Position numbers and translations under genes: made by a program. Positions 18,501 through 27,830 of a stretch of DNA of 64,000 nt are shown here, piece by piece. The DNA lies in the IMG/VR virus record IMGVR_UViG_3300027839_000007, positions 21,546 to 85,545 of that record. One strand, 5' to 3'. The number at the start of each line of letters is the position of its first letter. Within the stretch, counting starts at the first letter, position 1. The notes under the pieces are model-generated. The model did no database searches. It saw nothing but the letters and a program-made list of their open reading frames with translations, and was not told the DNA's origin. Source of the stretch: a virus.

Positions 18501-19961
18501 GCAATGGCTAGTGGTCGCGATGGTGCTGAGAGTTACAAAGTGCGGGATATCCCCGGGTACAGTGATGATACAGTCCCGGCGCCCTACCAGAATCGAACTA
18601 AGTCGAAAAGCTGGCTTGAGCCCAGTCACGGGGATGACACCTACGGTGGTCAGTCCGCCTTTGATCCCGCGTACCGGGCTCACGTGAAGAACCGTACGGA
18701 CCTAGCCAATCGGAATATTGATACGTATAACTCGATGGGACGTAGGGGTGGATCGCTCGAAAGCCGAGATGCCTCACTGGAGGCGATGGGCCTGCCCAGT
18801 CGTGAAGAGATGGCCAGGCGCCACGGGTCATACGGAAAGTTCACCAAGCAGCGCGGCGGCAAGGGCGGGCATATTGACACTACGGGCCTAGGCGGTCGTA
18901 TGGCCAACCTCGCCCACATGCGCGCTAATCAAGGGCCAGCGCTGCAGCAACGTGCTGCACGCAAGCAACAGGAGCGTGAACAGCTTGATGCAGATGTCCA
19001 GGCTGGTAGAGACAGGGGACATATGACCCGGGTTAACGCCTTAAGTCGTATGACCGGTCTACCTCTCGACGCGCAGTCTACGCCGCAAGAGCTGCGGGAC
19101 GCCCAGACATCCTGGCGTCTGCAGAATGCGGGACGGAAGCAGCGTAGACGGACTCATGGCGCTATCAGCAATAGGGCGGTGCAGTTGGTAAACGAGGAGG
19201 GCTACAGCTCGGGCGATGCCATGCGTATGGCGCAAGAAGAATATGCCAACAAGAGCGCCCCGCCGAAGCCACGTATGTCCGACAGTAGAGCGCGCAGTAA
19301 TACGCAACGGACGGTCACCGATCTCGACCGGCAAATCCGGCAAGCCAGGAGTCCCAGGCATAAGGCGACCCTACGTGGTCGTCGCCGGATCGCCCAGCGG
19401 AGACTCGATCAACTGAACGATCAAGCCCAGGCGCCAGCAGCACGGGCAATGGCACAAGGACGGCAGCCGCAGCCAAGTGCTGACAGACCGGGTGGTCGGC
19501 CCGAGACAGCCCAGCCTGTGTCGGGTCAGCCAGGTGCTATGGGATGGCCGGGTGGGCCAACAGCATTACCTGGTGATCCGAAGCAGACTCCACCTGCGCA
19601 GGCCCCTACATCTCCGCCGCCGTCTCCCACGCCCAAAGATCTTCCTAAGGACCTTCCCCCCGGCAAGCAGCATCGTAGTGGGATGATGGAGCGAGTCCCG
19701 CAACCGCCTGTCCGTCCGCCTGCCAGGCCGTCGACTGGTGGGGATCATCTTCCCCCGCCAGTACCGGCAGCACCGCCTACTGGGGCCGGGTCGTCGCCGA
19801 AGCTGCCGCCAAGGAAACAGCCGGGTCCGCAGGGCGGCGCAACCTCTGGTAGGGGTGGTATTTTCAGTAGGCCTCCAACCACCGGCGAGCCTTTCGAGGG
19901 ACCGAAGCCGACGCCAATTAAGCCCAGACCGCAGGGCGTGGTGGGGCCAAAAACGAAGTAG
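15525..19961 (+). CDS. Large putative virion/internal head protein (1478 aa)
   Basis: Long ORF; two Gly-rich hydrophobic helices, EKESA/LKFA/TKSAA cluster, disordered Pro-rich C-terminus. Confidence 0.65.
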   Translation: MADKPVFPSLLNIGEEKKKKEERERRKDPNFPWMPLGVAGGLGLGGLGAYQAGRGMGAVGEATFADFYDFMHKARGGAPSFKPWDWVKGKPWEANPDAVASFEADEAKGRYFDAIQPSEALLKARVSSLDTSVLQQGNDVISFTLNAEDMLGSQMGYFGLGATLMGEPLYEGGATGLDAMMGARSPRQNWWFKKLFPIDDIYAGHGTTKSQFGVDPTRGWPGKREETTTKHKLPGLARGEKIESSPGHKSDSQTDKSRLSGYVLPEALYRGTPETNPRHWKHHARKLRGLDFPNTGGAWLQQPRQQDLAEKHQHREVARWPHTDPNTGQDVGGYWGGVEGHYGGFSRSPAHAMEQLYLETYSAVDGSINKLGQARQYALQQVAQGLNPASFKEAYIDKFVELWSPVDTEGQHPWSQDFMPQQGETSLAARAKAQAALAAAQANQKKYLELHPGLQPGDAGPVDVTQTQAQTQALAKAVTEAETASTAAARPWTTSTGLLGAATATATKQPFVRRKIRNTASKIIDVVERRLAERGGQPERGLDPTWEAKYPVNLAALQKQRAADPLSATYNKKFVDQTPAIRHVLGLKDHKATAEAMHDVQRHAMKIQEELAEQGLNPLEVTKKIYESLQDPQNEQLGTIAQLASTGGGPLVFPLSAVAYRAIGEAMAVPGHVARGAKALSPYFKYIGAGMLGLGSIYGIHAIHKYFKEKRRFEEQEEELEKESAVSAFLKFASDLITKSAAVGDDDDKDDSKSDKKSDKPKAKPKAKAKAKPKVSNEPGSASAEGKSDEPSYAKEPRPNLTWGEEWDESKIDPDYRPYLDERQDASTRSSARISNERRKRFNNPSSGGFTYNAQGSRRKMRPGESYPNEDQFLFQALAKNPNYLTNPEAIKHYKQKYPGLIRNAAQARRENRRGGGQSIAQSWRAYSQKRSRVPQKEVDPQAKGPRAGGAKSKAQGQQPSAPAQPSTGDAAIEELKRIRGVSPSDSGAASRAMASGRDGAESYKVRDIPGYSDDTVPAPYQNRTKSKSWLEPSHGDDTYGGQSAFDPAYRAHVKNRTDLANRNIDTYNSMGRRGGSLESRDASLEAMGLPSREEMARRHGSYGKFTKQRGGKGGHIDTTGLGGRMANLAHMRANQGPALQQRAARKQQEREQLDADVQAGRDRGHMTRVNALSRMTGLPLDAQSTPQELRDAQTSWRLQNAGRKQRRRTHGAISNRAVQLVNEEGYSSGDAMRMAQEEYANKSAPPKPRMSDSRARSNTQRTVTDLDRQIRQARSPRHKATLRGRRRIAQRRLDQLNDQAQAPAARAMAQGRQPQPSADRPGGRPETAQPVSGQPGAMGWPGGPTALPGDPKQTPPAQAPTSPPPSPTPKDLPKDLPPGKQHRSGMMERVPQPPVRPPARPSTGGDHLPPPVPAAPPTGAGSSPKLPPRKQPGPQGGATSGRGGIFSRPPTTGEPFEGPKPTPIKPRPQGVVGPKTK

Positions 19962-19974
19962 GAATACGCTCACG

Positions 19975-22900
19975 ATGAGCAATGTAACTAAGACAGACGC
20001 CGAAGCTTTCTGTAGTGGCGTCATGGATTACTGCAGCCAGCACGGTTACGGTCCGGAGACCGTTGAACTGATGCTGAAGCGTGCAGCGGAAATGGTTCCG
20101 GATCTCGCTGAAGAGCTGGAGAAGACGGGGCAGCCGTTCCCATTCTCGTCCCCGAGGCTCCTCACTGGCAGTGCCCCGCCACCAGCAGAGGATACTAGGG
20201 AGGATATAGTCCGCCGAAATAGCGAGGCTGCCGCGCTCCGCGAGCGGAATCGTGGCGGGCTATGGGATTCCAAGACCGGTGAGCCGTACTGGTTCCCGTC
20301 GGAAATGGCTGCGGAAGAGCAGCGGCAGCACCAAGCGCGTACTAGTTTCAAGCGCCTTTATCCGTATTACGACGAAAAGGGGAAGGCTATTCCCGGGCAG
20401 CAGCCCTGGAAACAACGTGGTAATCCTGGCGCGTACGATCTCGGGAGGAAAGCCCACGCCAAACGACTCGAAACGCCCCATCAAGCGGCAAATCGATCCA
20501 CTCCGTACCAGCCGCCGACCCGGGCACACTTGCGCAAGATGACGGGCATGCAACGCCTGGCGCACCGGCGACTTGCCCAGATGCACGATGAGGTTGGCGG
20601 TGGTAAGCAGTTCATTGCTAATCGCGGCAGGCTTGAGCCCACTCCCTCGCCTGAAGTCACCAATCTGCTCAACAGGCGTGGCGACTCCTATCCTTTCTTG
20701 AAAAGCGTACAACGGGCAGGTTCTGAAGACTTCCAGAAAATTCCCCCGGAGGAATGGAATACAGCACAGGGTGTAAAGTTCCGTGACTGGCAGTGGGATC
20801 CCGAGGAGACTAAATGGAATAGAGTGGACCCGGGTTCATGGACCGATTTGGGGCAGCGGATCTCGTCTGCGCCTGCCTGGGAATCCACTGGAGGCGAAGC
20901 CATATCGGGAGCGTTTCTGACTGCCGGGGACGTCATTGGCAATACCTACTCTGGACTCACGGGCGCGCTAGCCGCGCCTATTGCTGCGACGCTGGGTGTT
21001 GGTGCCTCGGCGGCCTACCAAGGCGGCCGCGCTACTGATTATCTTAGAGGATTGCCAGAGCCATCCTCGTGGACCAATAGTGCAAGAGCAGGCGCGGATT
21101 CTCTTTGGGGCGGTGCATTAGCTGCCCGAGAGGACGTAGCTCGCGCGGTTCCGTTCTTTGGGAAGCATTACACCGGTAAGGACTACTTCCAGTGGTCACC
21201 ATACTTCTCCAAGCGTGATCCTAATACCAGCGAATGGAAAGGTACCCCGGGCTCGAACGCTCCTAATCCGTCTTTGGTGGCGTATCTAAATGAACAGAGG
21301 CGGAAGTTCCCTGCCGGGTCGTGGATAGACCGTGATTGGCTTCACAAGCCGCGGAACTTCTTTCCCGGCATGGGCCTGACGCCTCCTGAGCATACGGCTG
21401 CTGGTGTTGCTGAAGTCTTATCACCGTTCGCCGGAGCGTCAGCGGCACGTCTGGTCAAAACTGTAGCCAGGCGGACGGGCCGCGGTCTACGCATGTCGCG
21501 GTGGGCGCGAAAACCAGCTCACCTCGTGATGGGTTTCAAGAACAGTGACCAGGTGAGAAGGGCGTTGAGGCAGGGCGGATACGGGCTTGGCCTCCGCCGC
21601 GCTAATCCGTTGTATCGGATGGGCAAAGCGGTGGAACACTGGGGCAATAAAGCGCCTCCGCGTGTTGGAATGGTTACGTCGATACAAAACGGACTCAGAA
21701 GCGCAACATCACCGAAAGTATGGGCCCAGCGTGCAGGCAATGCGTTCCGCGACCCAATGATGGCCGCGCGCAGTGCGGGCAGGGTCGCGGGCAGGGTCGC
21801 GGGCAAAGTTCCAACAACGGCCGTAGTGCTCCAATCGGGTGCGGTGACGGCAATGGGCGGTTTCGGTAGCGATGAAGGTATGCAGCGACAAGGTGACATG
21901 TGGGATCGGATATGGGATTCAGCGTTTGGTGACCGTCAGGACAACGTCGGTGGAGTCGAGGGATTACTTGACATAGGTTGGCCAGCTAGAGGCTCCATCC
22001 CAACACGGGCGATGACAGTGGGGTCAACGCACTTCACAGATACGGTGCCATACCCACTCTCCGCCGACAAGAAAACTCCCGACGGCCAACGCGTGCTTGG
22101 TATGGATTGGCGAAGCGCGGCACTTGATTCGGCGGCACGTGCGCATCCGTTGCTCAATTCCTTCTACCGCATCGAAATCGAGCCGGGCGGGGAAAAGAAG
22201 GCGCAGGCAGAAGCGCAGCGGTTGATAACAGATGGGAAGTACGGACGTGAATTCGGGCAACTTCCTCCCGAGTTCCTGCCAAATGAAATGATACGGGACA
22301 TGCATGGCATAGATGTCCCGGTATCTCGTTTCCAGTGGTACGTGGAACGACAAGAAGGCATGTCCGACGCGCAGTTTCGTGCGGCGCAGGACGCGCAGCT
22401 GGCTAACCTCAAGGTGATTGAAGTTCCGGACCCGGCTCAACCAGGTGGCAGCCGGGTGAAGCGTTACTTGACGTTCAAGTCTGCTTGGGAGCAGGTTGAT
22501 CAGCTTGACGAGAAGAACAGGCACGCGGAGGGGGTGGACCGTCACTCGATTAGTCTTCCTGGAACATCGACTTTCTCTCGCAGGATTGCACCCAGGCTTA
22601 ATCCACAGGATATTGAGTACCAGGAAAAGGTGTATAAGCGACATGCGCTCCGCAAGGCGGCGTTCATGGCTGATCCAGATGTGGAGGCTGCAACTCGTGG
22701 TTGGGCTGAGTATGTTGGTGAGCTCTATTCTAGAAAGATCAAGCCGCAGTATTACATGGAGCAGCAGTATCCGGGCGTGCGGGAGCGCAGGCAGAAACAG
22801 GAGCAACAGGAGCAACAGGAGCAACAGGAGCAGCTGCAGCGGCGGCGGAATCCTGTTGGTCCTGTGCAGGAGCCGCCACCCTACCTGCAGCGGCCATCCG

Positions 22901-24549
22901 CTGGTACTCCCAGTAGATCAAGTCTCTTGTTACGCGGCACGGATGATAGCAACGCAATCTCATCGCAGTTGGATGATCCAATGAAAAAAAGCAATTGGCG
23001 CCCACGTATCACTGTTGACTCCCAGTCCGTTGATGCGCTCTTCGGATCGTTTAATCGTCCGTCCTGCATGACGAAGAAGTCGCAGCAGCCATCCACGCCG
23101 CTCGATGCGGGGCCGCCGCTGAGCGAAGACCCGCCAGGGCCCGAGCTGCTCTCAGAAGGCGACATCCCGCCAGAGTGGCTCTCAGAAGAAAGTGCTTCAC
23201 CAGTCGTTGACTTGCCGGAAAGCGGAACTCCGGTGCTACCTACTACAGATGTTATCGCACCCGAGACCTATCTCCCGCCGCCTCGGAATGACGGTCCCAG
23301 CCCCCCACCGCTCAGTGCGGGGCCGCTTCCGCCATTGCGGGCGAAGCCTTATGATCCTCGCGTACCCTGGACCCAACCCCCTGAGGGAACACTGGAACGC
23401 CCCATGGCGCCGACTGGTATTCCTGACTCGTTCTTGTACGGAGATATGGACAACAACGTGTTTGATGAGATGGTGACTGCTGATGATCAGAAGCCATGGG
23501 CTGCACTTGAAACTTACAAGCAAGAGTTGACGGAGTATCTCACGAGTTCTGAGAGCACTGGTGTACATGCAACTCCCGAGAGTCCTGCTGCTGGCGTTGG
23601 GCATACTACGGATGCAGTTCGGCAGGATGCTACCAAGGAATTGCTGCGCATCCATATGATTCAGCAGGCTCGTGACCTGAGAACGAAGCTTGGCAATGAT
23701 ACGCCCGTGTATCCGCAGCAGATCGCTGCCACGGCTGATAAGTTTATGAAGAAGTTTAAAGTTGACGGGGTGATCGACAACGAAGATGTGGGGACTATAG
23801 CCGATCATAATAGTGAGATAGCTGCCATGCTTGCGCAGGCACCGGACGCGAGTGGGTTCGGTAAGGTCAAGGATTTCCTGCAGGATCGTAGTCCATTGGA
23901 ACTTGGACTGTTGATGGTGGGCATACCCCTGGCACTCATAGGTCTGTTTGGTGCGATCAGTGGAGAAGGCGGCTTCGGTAGCTTCATGGCACTGTTACTT
24001 GGTGGTGCTGCCACCGCTGCTGGCTTAGGTGCTTTCGGGCGTTTCAAGAAGACGAAGCCCAGTATTCCCAGCGCCACGGCCGCGGGCCCTGCAGGTTTAC
24101 ACAAGGGCAGGGGTGTTGACGCTATGGTGGCGTTATATGATTCTCCACCGACGGAAGCCGTACCAGAGCCCAAAAGTACGGCTATGAACGCCCTTGATGC
24201 TCACCTGTGGCGTGATGCGCAGCGCCCGGGGAAAGGTGGTCCATTGGAGCCGCAATTGCAGAAGCTGTTGAAAGCTTTGCACGGCGACTGGGCGGAGAAG
24301 AAGCTGGCGAGGAACTGGCCGCTGTCCCCGGTATTCGGTATGGATGATGCAGGTATTTTGGCACATGGCGCAGCGGAGATGGGAGTTACTCCCGCTATGG
24401 CTGGAAAACTTATCAAGATCTACCAACAGCTTCTGACGCGGCGGAAGAGCCACCCACGTTATCAGCCAGCCCAGAAGCCGGAAGTTCCCGGAGCATCCGA
24501 TGATGGCACCCCGACCCGGGAAGGTGCTCCGGTCAAACCGGATTTCTAG
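19975..24549 (+). CDS. Large putative virion/internal head protein (about 1524 aa)
   Basis: ATG at 19975 just after the upstream stop; LKRAA/EKTG near the N-terminus; two transmembrane-like helices near the C-terminus. Confidence 0.65.
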   Translation: MSNVTKTDAEAFCSGVMDYCSQHGYGPETVELMLKRAAEMVPDLAEELEKTGQPFPFSSPRLLTGSAPPPAEDTREDIVRRNSEAAALRERNRGGLWDSKTGEPYWFPSEMAAEEQRQHQARTSFKRLYPYYDEKGKAIPGQQPWKQRGNPGAYDLGRKAHAKRLETPHQAANRSTPYQPPTRAHLRKMTGMQRLAHRRLAQMHDEVGGGKQFIANRGRLEPTPSPEVTNLLNRRGDSYPFLKSVQRAGSEDFQKIPPEEWNTAQGVKFRDWQWDPEETKWNRVDPGSWTDLGQRISSAPAWESTGGEAISGAFLTAGDVIGNTYSGLTGALAAPIAATLGVGASAAYQGGRATDYLRGLPEPSSWTNSARAGADSLWGGALAAREDVARAVPFFGKHYTGKDYFQWSPYFSKRDPNTSEWKGTPGSNAPNPSLVAYLNEQRRKFPAGSWIDRDWLHKPRNFFPGMGLTPPEHTAAGVAEVLSPFAGASAARLVKTVARRTGRGLRMSRWARKPAHLVMGFKNSDQVRRALRQGGYGLGLRRANPLYRMGKAVEHWGNKAPPRVGMVTSIQNGLRSATSPKVWAQRAGNAFRDPMMAARSAGRVAGRVAGKVPTTAVVLQSGAVTAMGGFGSDEGMQRQGDMWDRIWDSAFGDRQDNVGGVEGLLDIGWPARGSIPTRAMTVGSTHFTDTVPYPLSADKKTPDGQRVLGMDWRSAALDSAARAHPLLNSFYRIEIEPGGEKKAQAEAQRLITDGKYGREFGQLPPEFLPNEMIRDMHGIDVPVSRFQWYVERQEGMSDAQFRAAQDAQLANLKVIEVPDPAQPGGSRVKRYLTFKSAWEQVDQLDEKNRHAEGVDRHSISLPGTSTFSRRIAPRLNPQDIEYQEKVYKRHALRKAAFMADPDVEAATRGWAEYVGELYSRKIKPQYYMEQQYPGVRERRQKQEQQEQQEQQEQLQRRRNPVGPVQEPPPYLQRPSAGTPSRSSLLLRGTDDSNAISSQLDDPMKKSNWRPRITVDSQSVDALFGSFNRPSCMTKKSQQPSTPLDAGPPLSEDPPGPELLSEGDIPPEWLSEESASPVVDLPESGTPVLPTTDVIAPETYLPPPRNDGPSPPPLSAGPLPPLRAKPYDPRVPWTQPPEGTLERPMAPTGIPDSFLYGDMDNNVFDEMVTADDQKPWAALETYKQELTEYLTSSESTGVHATPESPAAGVGHTTDAVRQDATKELLRIHMIQQARDLRTKLGNDTPVYPQQIAATADKFMKKFKVDGVIDNEDVGTIADHNSEIAAMLAQAPDASGFGKVKDFLQDRSPLELGLLMVGIPLALIGLFGAISGEGGFGSFMALLLGGAATAAGLGAFGRFKKTKPSIPSATAAGPAGLHKGRGVDAMVALYDSPPTEAVPEPKSTAMNALDAHLWRDAQRPGKGGPLEPQLQKLLKALHGDWAEKKLARNWPLSPVFGMDDAGILAHGAAEMGVTPAMAGKLIKIYQQLLTRRKSHPRYQPAQKPEVPGASDDGTPTREGAPVKPDF

Positions 24550-24617
24550 CAGCCGAGCTACGCACTCGAAGTCGCAGGGACTGGCGCTCCACCCGCCCTC
24601 GGCGGGCAGCCGTAGCA

Positions 24618-24641
24618 CTCTCTATTGGCGCCAATAGAGAG
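24618..24641. promoter_or_regulatory. Perfect palindrome CTCTCTATTGGCGCCAATAGAGAG (copy 2 of 4)
   Basis: 24-bp inverted repeat between genes. Confidence 0.6.
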
Positions 24642-24738
24642 ATCGTTTCCGCGGCACAAGGCTTCACAAGGTAGCCTAGTCTGGGTTATCACAAAAGCAT
24701 CGTACTCATCCTCCTTCCATACTTTCGGAGGAAGTGCT

Positions 24739-25320
24739 GTGCATCCACCAATTGAAGACGCATCACCCAGGCCGCCTGTCCCGTTCATAGATCAGATCAA
24801 TGAGCTCCGCCAGATATGCGTAAAGAGTAATGCTAAGAAGGTGCATAAGGCGGTATTGGCGCTCACGTCAGCTGAGCGACAACGTCGTATGGATCACGGG
24901 CCAAATTCCTACGCAGCGCTGCCCGTGTGCTTCCTAGGCACGGAAATACCTGACGACTTCGAAATCTTCTGGGCAGTGCACGGCCCAGGCCCGTTTTTTG
25001 GAATTGATGGGCATACGACCAGGCGGTCTGTTGACCTTGGCATGGTTTTCCATACCATGTCTCATGATGAAGACAAAGACAAAGACAACCGGCAGGTAGT
25101 CGAGGTCCTGCCACACGGGCTTTGTTTTGTGGAGCAGGAAGACGCCGAGTCCATGGCGTACCTGCTGTCTAGCGCCAGGAAGGCTATCAAGCGCAAGGAG
25201 GCGGAGCACACTCGTTCAGTACTAGGAAAAAAGGAACGAAAACATGTCCGCCGAAAAACACCAAGAAGACCCCCTGACGCTGACGATCCAGGAACAGAAC
25301 CCGGAAGCGCTGACAGCTGA
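24739..25320 (+). CDS. Hypothetical protein
   Basis: GTG at 24739 after GGAGG; in frame with ORF 24625..25320. Confidence 0.6.
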   Translation: MHPPIEDASPRPPVPFIDQINELRQICVKSNAKKVHKAVLALTSAERQRRMDHGPNSYAALPVCFLGTEIPDDFEIFWAVHGPGPFFGIDGHTTRRSVDLGMVFHTMSHDEDKDKDNRQVVEVLPHGLCFVEQEDAESMAYLLSSARKAIKRKEAEHTRSVLGKKERKHVRRKTPRRPPDADDPGTEPGSADS

Positions 25321-25537
25321 CGGGTTTGATGACGCGATTATTGGTCTCGCGTACCGGGCTGGATCAGAGCCCCTCGTAGCGTACTCGACCAGCCAGTGCA
25401 TCCAGGTGCTGATGGATCGGGACGGGATGACCTACGACGAAGCTGTTGAGTACTTTAATTTCAACGTCGTCGACGCCTACATGGGCGAAGGGACGCCTAT
25501 ATTTATCAGGCAAAAAGACGAGTTTCTGGCATTCTAA
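25244..25537 (+). CDS. Phage-type hypothetical protein
   Basis: ADGFDDAIIG..GMTYDEAVEYFNFNV..AYMGEGTP, a pattern I recognise from phage proteins of unknown function. Confidence 0.7.
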   Translation: MSAEKHQEDPLTLTIQEQNPEALTADGFDDAIIGLAYRAGSEPLVAYSTSQCIQVLMDRDGMTYDEAVEYFNFNVVDAYMGEGTPIFIRQKDEFLAF

Positions 25538-25829
25538 TTCCACGAGGCGCCGCGCTGTTATAGAATTCATGTATTACAACTTTCACTCGGATTTGTCGAA
25601 GGTACCGACAGGTTAGGGGATCATGGTTTGTTCACAGGAGGTGGAAAATCGATCCGGGTAACTGGCTCTAGCATAGGCTGCGGGCTGGGAGGCGTGTGGC
25701 GGATGTACCTGCATTTGCCGCCACAAGTTGTCGCCGGTTATTCGGCGGCATAGGACTTTGGGTTGGGGTGTCCAAGGGGTCTTGGTGAAAGTTTTTACTT
25801 ACGTATGTGGCACCACGCGAGGGAACGCA

Positions 25830-26060
25830 ATGGAGCTGGCACCACTTCTGCAAGAATACGGAATCATGGTAACCCTGGTTCTGTTTTTTGTTTGGCAAAG
25901 CTGGAAACGTGAGCAACGACTGGCTGGCCGTATCGACACGATCGAGGGAGAGTATACGGCCACTCTTAAGGAGCTGGTGCGCAGGTCCAACGATGTGATT
26001 GCGGCGAACACCGAAATCATGGAGCAGCTGAAGAAGCACTTGGCGCGGATCGAGAATTAG
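25830..26060 (+). CDS. Holin-like single-TM protein (BhlA-like layout)
   Basis: QEYGIMVTLVLFFVWQSWKRE followed by a coiled coil. Confidence 0.5.
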   Translation: MELAPLLQEYGIMVTLVLFFVWQSWKREQRLAGRIDTIEGEYTATLKELVRRSNDVIAANTEIMEQLKKHLARIEN

Positions 26061-26107
26061 TAAACCAAGTTTCGACGTGAAGCTATTCCCAGGGAAGCGG
26101 AATAATC

Positions 26108-26428
26108 ATGTCACGTGATCAAGAATATAAGTTCTTCTATAAGATCTCTCGCAAGATCCGAAACGAACTCCCATGCGGCAACAAGTTGCGCGTGGTGCTG
26201 AAAGCTGATCTCGTTGAGCACGGGATGTGCGAGTTCGATACCAAGCGCCCTGAGCGCGGTTTCATGATCACGATATACAAGAGTGGTAGTGAAGAGCATG
26301 ATATTCACATCCTCTTGCATGAGTACGCCCATGTACTCTCATGGTTCTGCGACGAAGAAGATCATGGTGTTGCATGGCAGTCCGCATATGGGCGAATATA
26401 CCGTTGGTATGAGAAGATAGCGGAGTAG
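26108..26428 (+). CDS. Small zincin metalloprotease-like protein (SprT-like)
   Basis: LLHEYAH..HGVAW (HExxH plus a downstream His). Confidence 0.7.
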   Translation: MSRDQEYKFFYKISRKIRNELPCGNKLRVVLKADLVEHGMCEFDTKRPERGFMITIYKSGSEEHDIHILLHEYAHVLSWFCDEEDHGVAWQSAYGRIYRWYEKIAE

Positions 26429-26463
26429 AGGGTATATACAACAAAATGAAATAAGGTGTTGCG

Positions 26464-26790
26464 ATGGCAAGGAAGCCATTCAGTGTCGGATGCTTTGCTT
26501 TACTGTGGCTCTTCATAGCAGCAGTATCAGCATATGACACATTCAGATGTGTGCAGGATGCCAACTTTCTTATCGATGTCGAGTTGAATCCCGTCGCGAG
26601 ATGGATACTGCGGCGAGGCGGCGTATCGCTTCTCGTGGGGTGTAAGTTCCTCGGCAATTCCCTGGTGCTCGGCGCGCTCTGTTGGATATGGGCATGTAAG
26701 CACCGTTTTTCTATTCCCATTATTTGTGTGGTAGCCCTGGTGCAGTTATTTGTGTTATTTACGTATTGTCCTAACGTTCCCTGGGGATAG
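26464..26790 (+). CDS. Membrane protein (DUF5658-like)
   Basis: Three hydrophobic helices; D..ELNP motif. Confidence 0.6.
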   Translation: MARKPFSVGCFALLWLFIAAVSAYDTFRCVQDANFLIDVELNPVARWILRRGGVSLLVGCKFLGNSLVLGALCWIWACKHRFSIPIICVVALVQLFVLFTYCPNVPWG

Positions 26791-26795
26791 GGATC

Positions 26796-26921
26796 ATGTC
26801 CAAAGATTTGCAGAAATTGAAAGAGGAGCTGGCGCAGGCTGAGAGGGCCAAACTGGAAGAGCGCAGAGCTCAATTTCCATCGACATGCACTGAGAAGATG
26901 TTACGATTGCTAGCACCATGA
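26796..26921 (+). CDS. Small hypothetical protein (41 aa)
   Basis: Translated by hand: MSKDLQKLKEELAQAERAK...; ATGA overlap with the next gene. Confidence 0.45.
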   Translation: MSKDLQKLKEELAQAERAKLEERRAQFPSTCTEKMLRLLAP

Positions 26922-27661
26922 AAACAACGCTAGCCCTGGGCATGACCACCTGCCCGCGCGGTGACGAGTGTTATCTACATGCTGCTATATTGAGCCTGGT
27001 TAACGCTGGTTTCTGCCAGGACCTCCATCTCTTCTGCGAACCCGGCGCTGAGGAAACTCCCGGGTGGCCGCAGGTTATTCGTCATGAGCACGAAGAGACT
27101 CTCGGCGCCTTTCGTAATTGGCGTTTTGCTCTACGGTACCTGCTGGATAACACGGATGCAGACTGGATCATGATTGTGCAGGACGACACGATCTGGACTG
27201 ATGACGCTGCAGACATATTACAGGAAGCCATGGATACCGTTGAGTCGCACACGGTGGGCTTCCTATCGCCGTATGCCAGCCCAGCCATGGTTGCCAAGCG
27301 GTACAAGACTTCAGGTGGCGATGCGCCGTTGCGGGAGAGCATAACTCCCCAGTGGATAGACGCATGGCATGGTAATCGTACATCGGCGATGTACACGCAG
27401 ACTTTCTGGGGCGCACTTGCGCTGTGCATCCCCAGGCGATCTGCCAGCAGGTTGTTGCGTGCGCCTCGTTTTGTAAATCACGTGCACCATCGTCAAATAG
27501 ACGTTGTGGTTGGCGAGTCTTTCCGTGACGCCAATTTGTCTCGCAAGCTGTATATCCCCAGTTTATGCGATCATATCGGCGCTATTAGTTCCCTGGGTCG
27601 GCACAAGATTCCTAGTATTGCCTGGGGGCGCAAGGGAGTGGGATTCAAAGGTAAGGCGTAG
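26918..27661 (+). CDS. GT-A fold glycosyltransferase-like protein
   Basis: GMTTCPR..YL, LGAFRNW, WIMIVQDD, PSLCDHIG. Confidence 0.7.
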   Translation: MKTTLALGMTTCPRGDECYLHAAILSLVNAGFCQDLHLFCEPGAEETPGWPQVIRHEHEETLGAFRNWRFALRYLLDNTDADWIMIVQDDTIWTDDAADILQEAMDTVESHTVGFLSPYASPAMVAKRYKTSGGDAPLRESITPQWIDAWHGNRTSAMYTQTFWGALALCIPRRSASRLLRAPRFVNHVHHRQIDVVVGESFRDANLSRKLYIPSLCDHIGAISSLGRHKIPSIAWGRKGVGFKGKA

Positions 27662-27830
27662 CGACATTGGCTGATGACCACACTTCGGGTAAACTCGACA
27701 ACAGCGCGACGAACCCCATCCCGATGGCAGGTTCTGGTCGTCAGAAACTGGCCCATGAATGCAGGGAAGCGGCAAGGAACTCGCGGGGTTCGTCGTGCTC
27801 TTCTAAATCGGATAGCCCAAGGACGGCGCT

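Noticed and set aside
19738-19974. N-terminal extension of the 1603-aa ORF
   Set aside because: It overlaps the upstream gene by more than 200 bp; the ATG at 19975 right after the upstream stop is more plausible.
24550-25829. tRNA genes in the intergenic gaps
   Set aside because: No cloverleaf with a T-loop GTTCRA and acceptor stem could be built.
26899-26907. Extended -10 promoter TGtTACGAT
   Set aside because: It lies inside a probable small ORF, and such short matches are common by chance.
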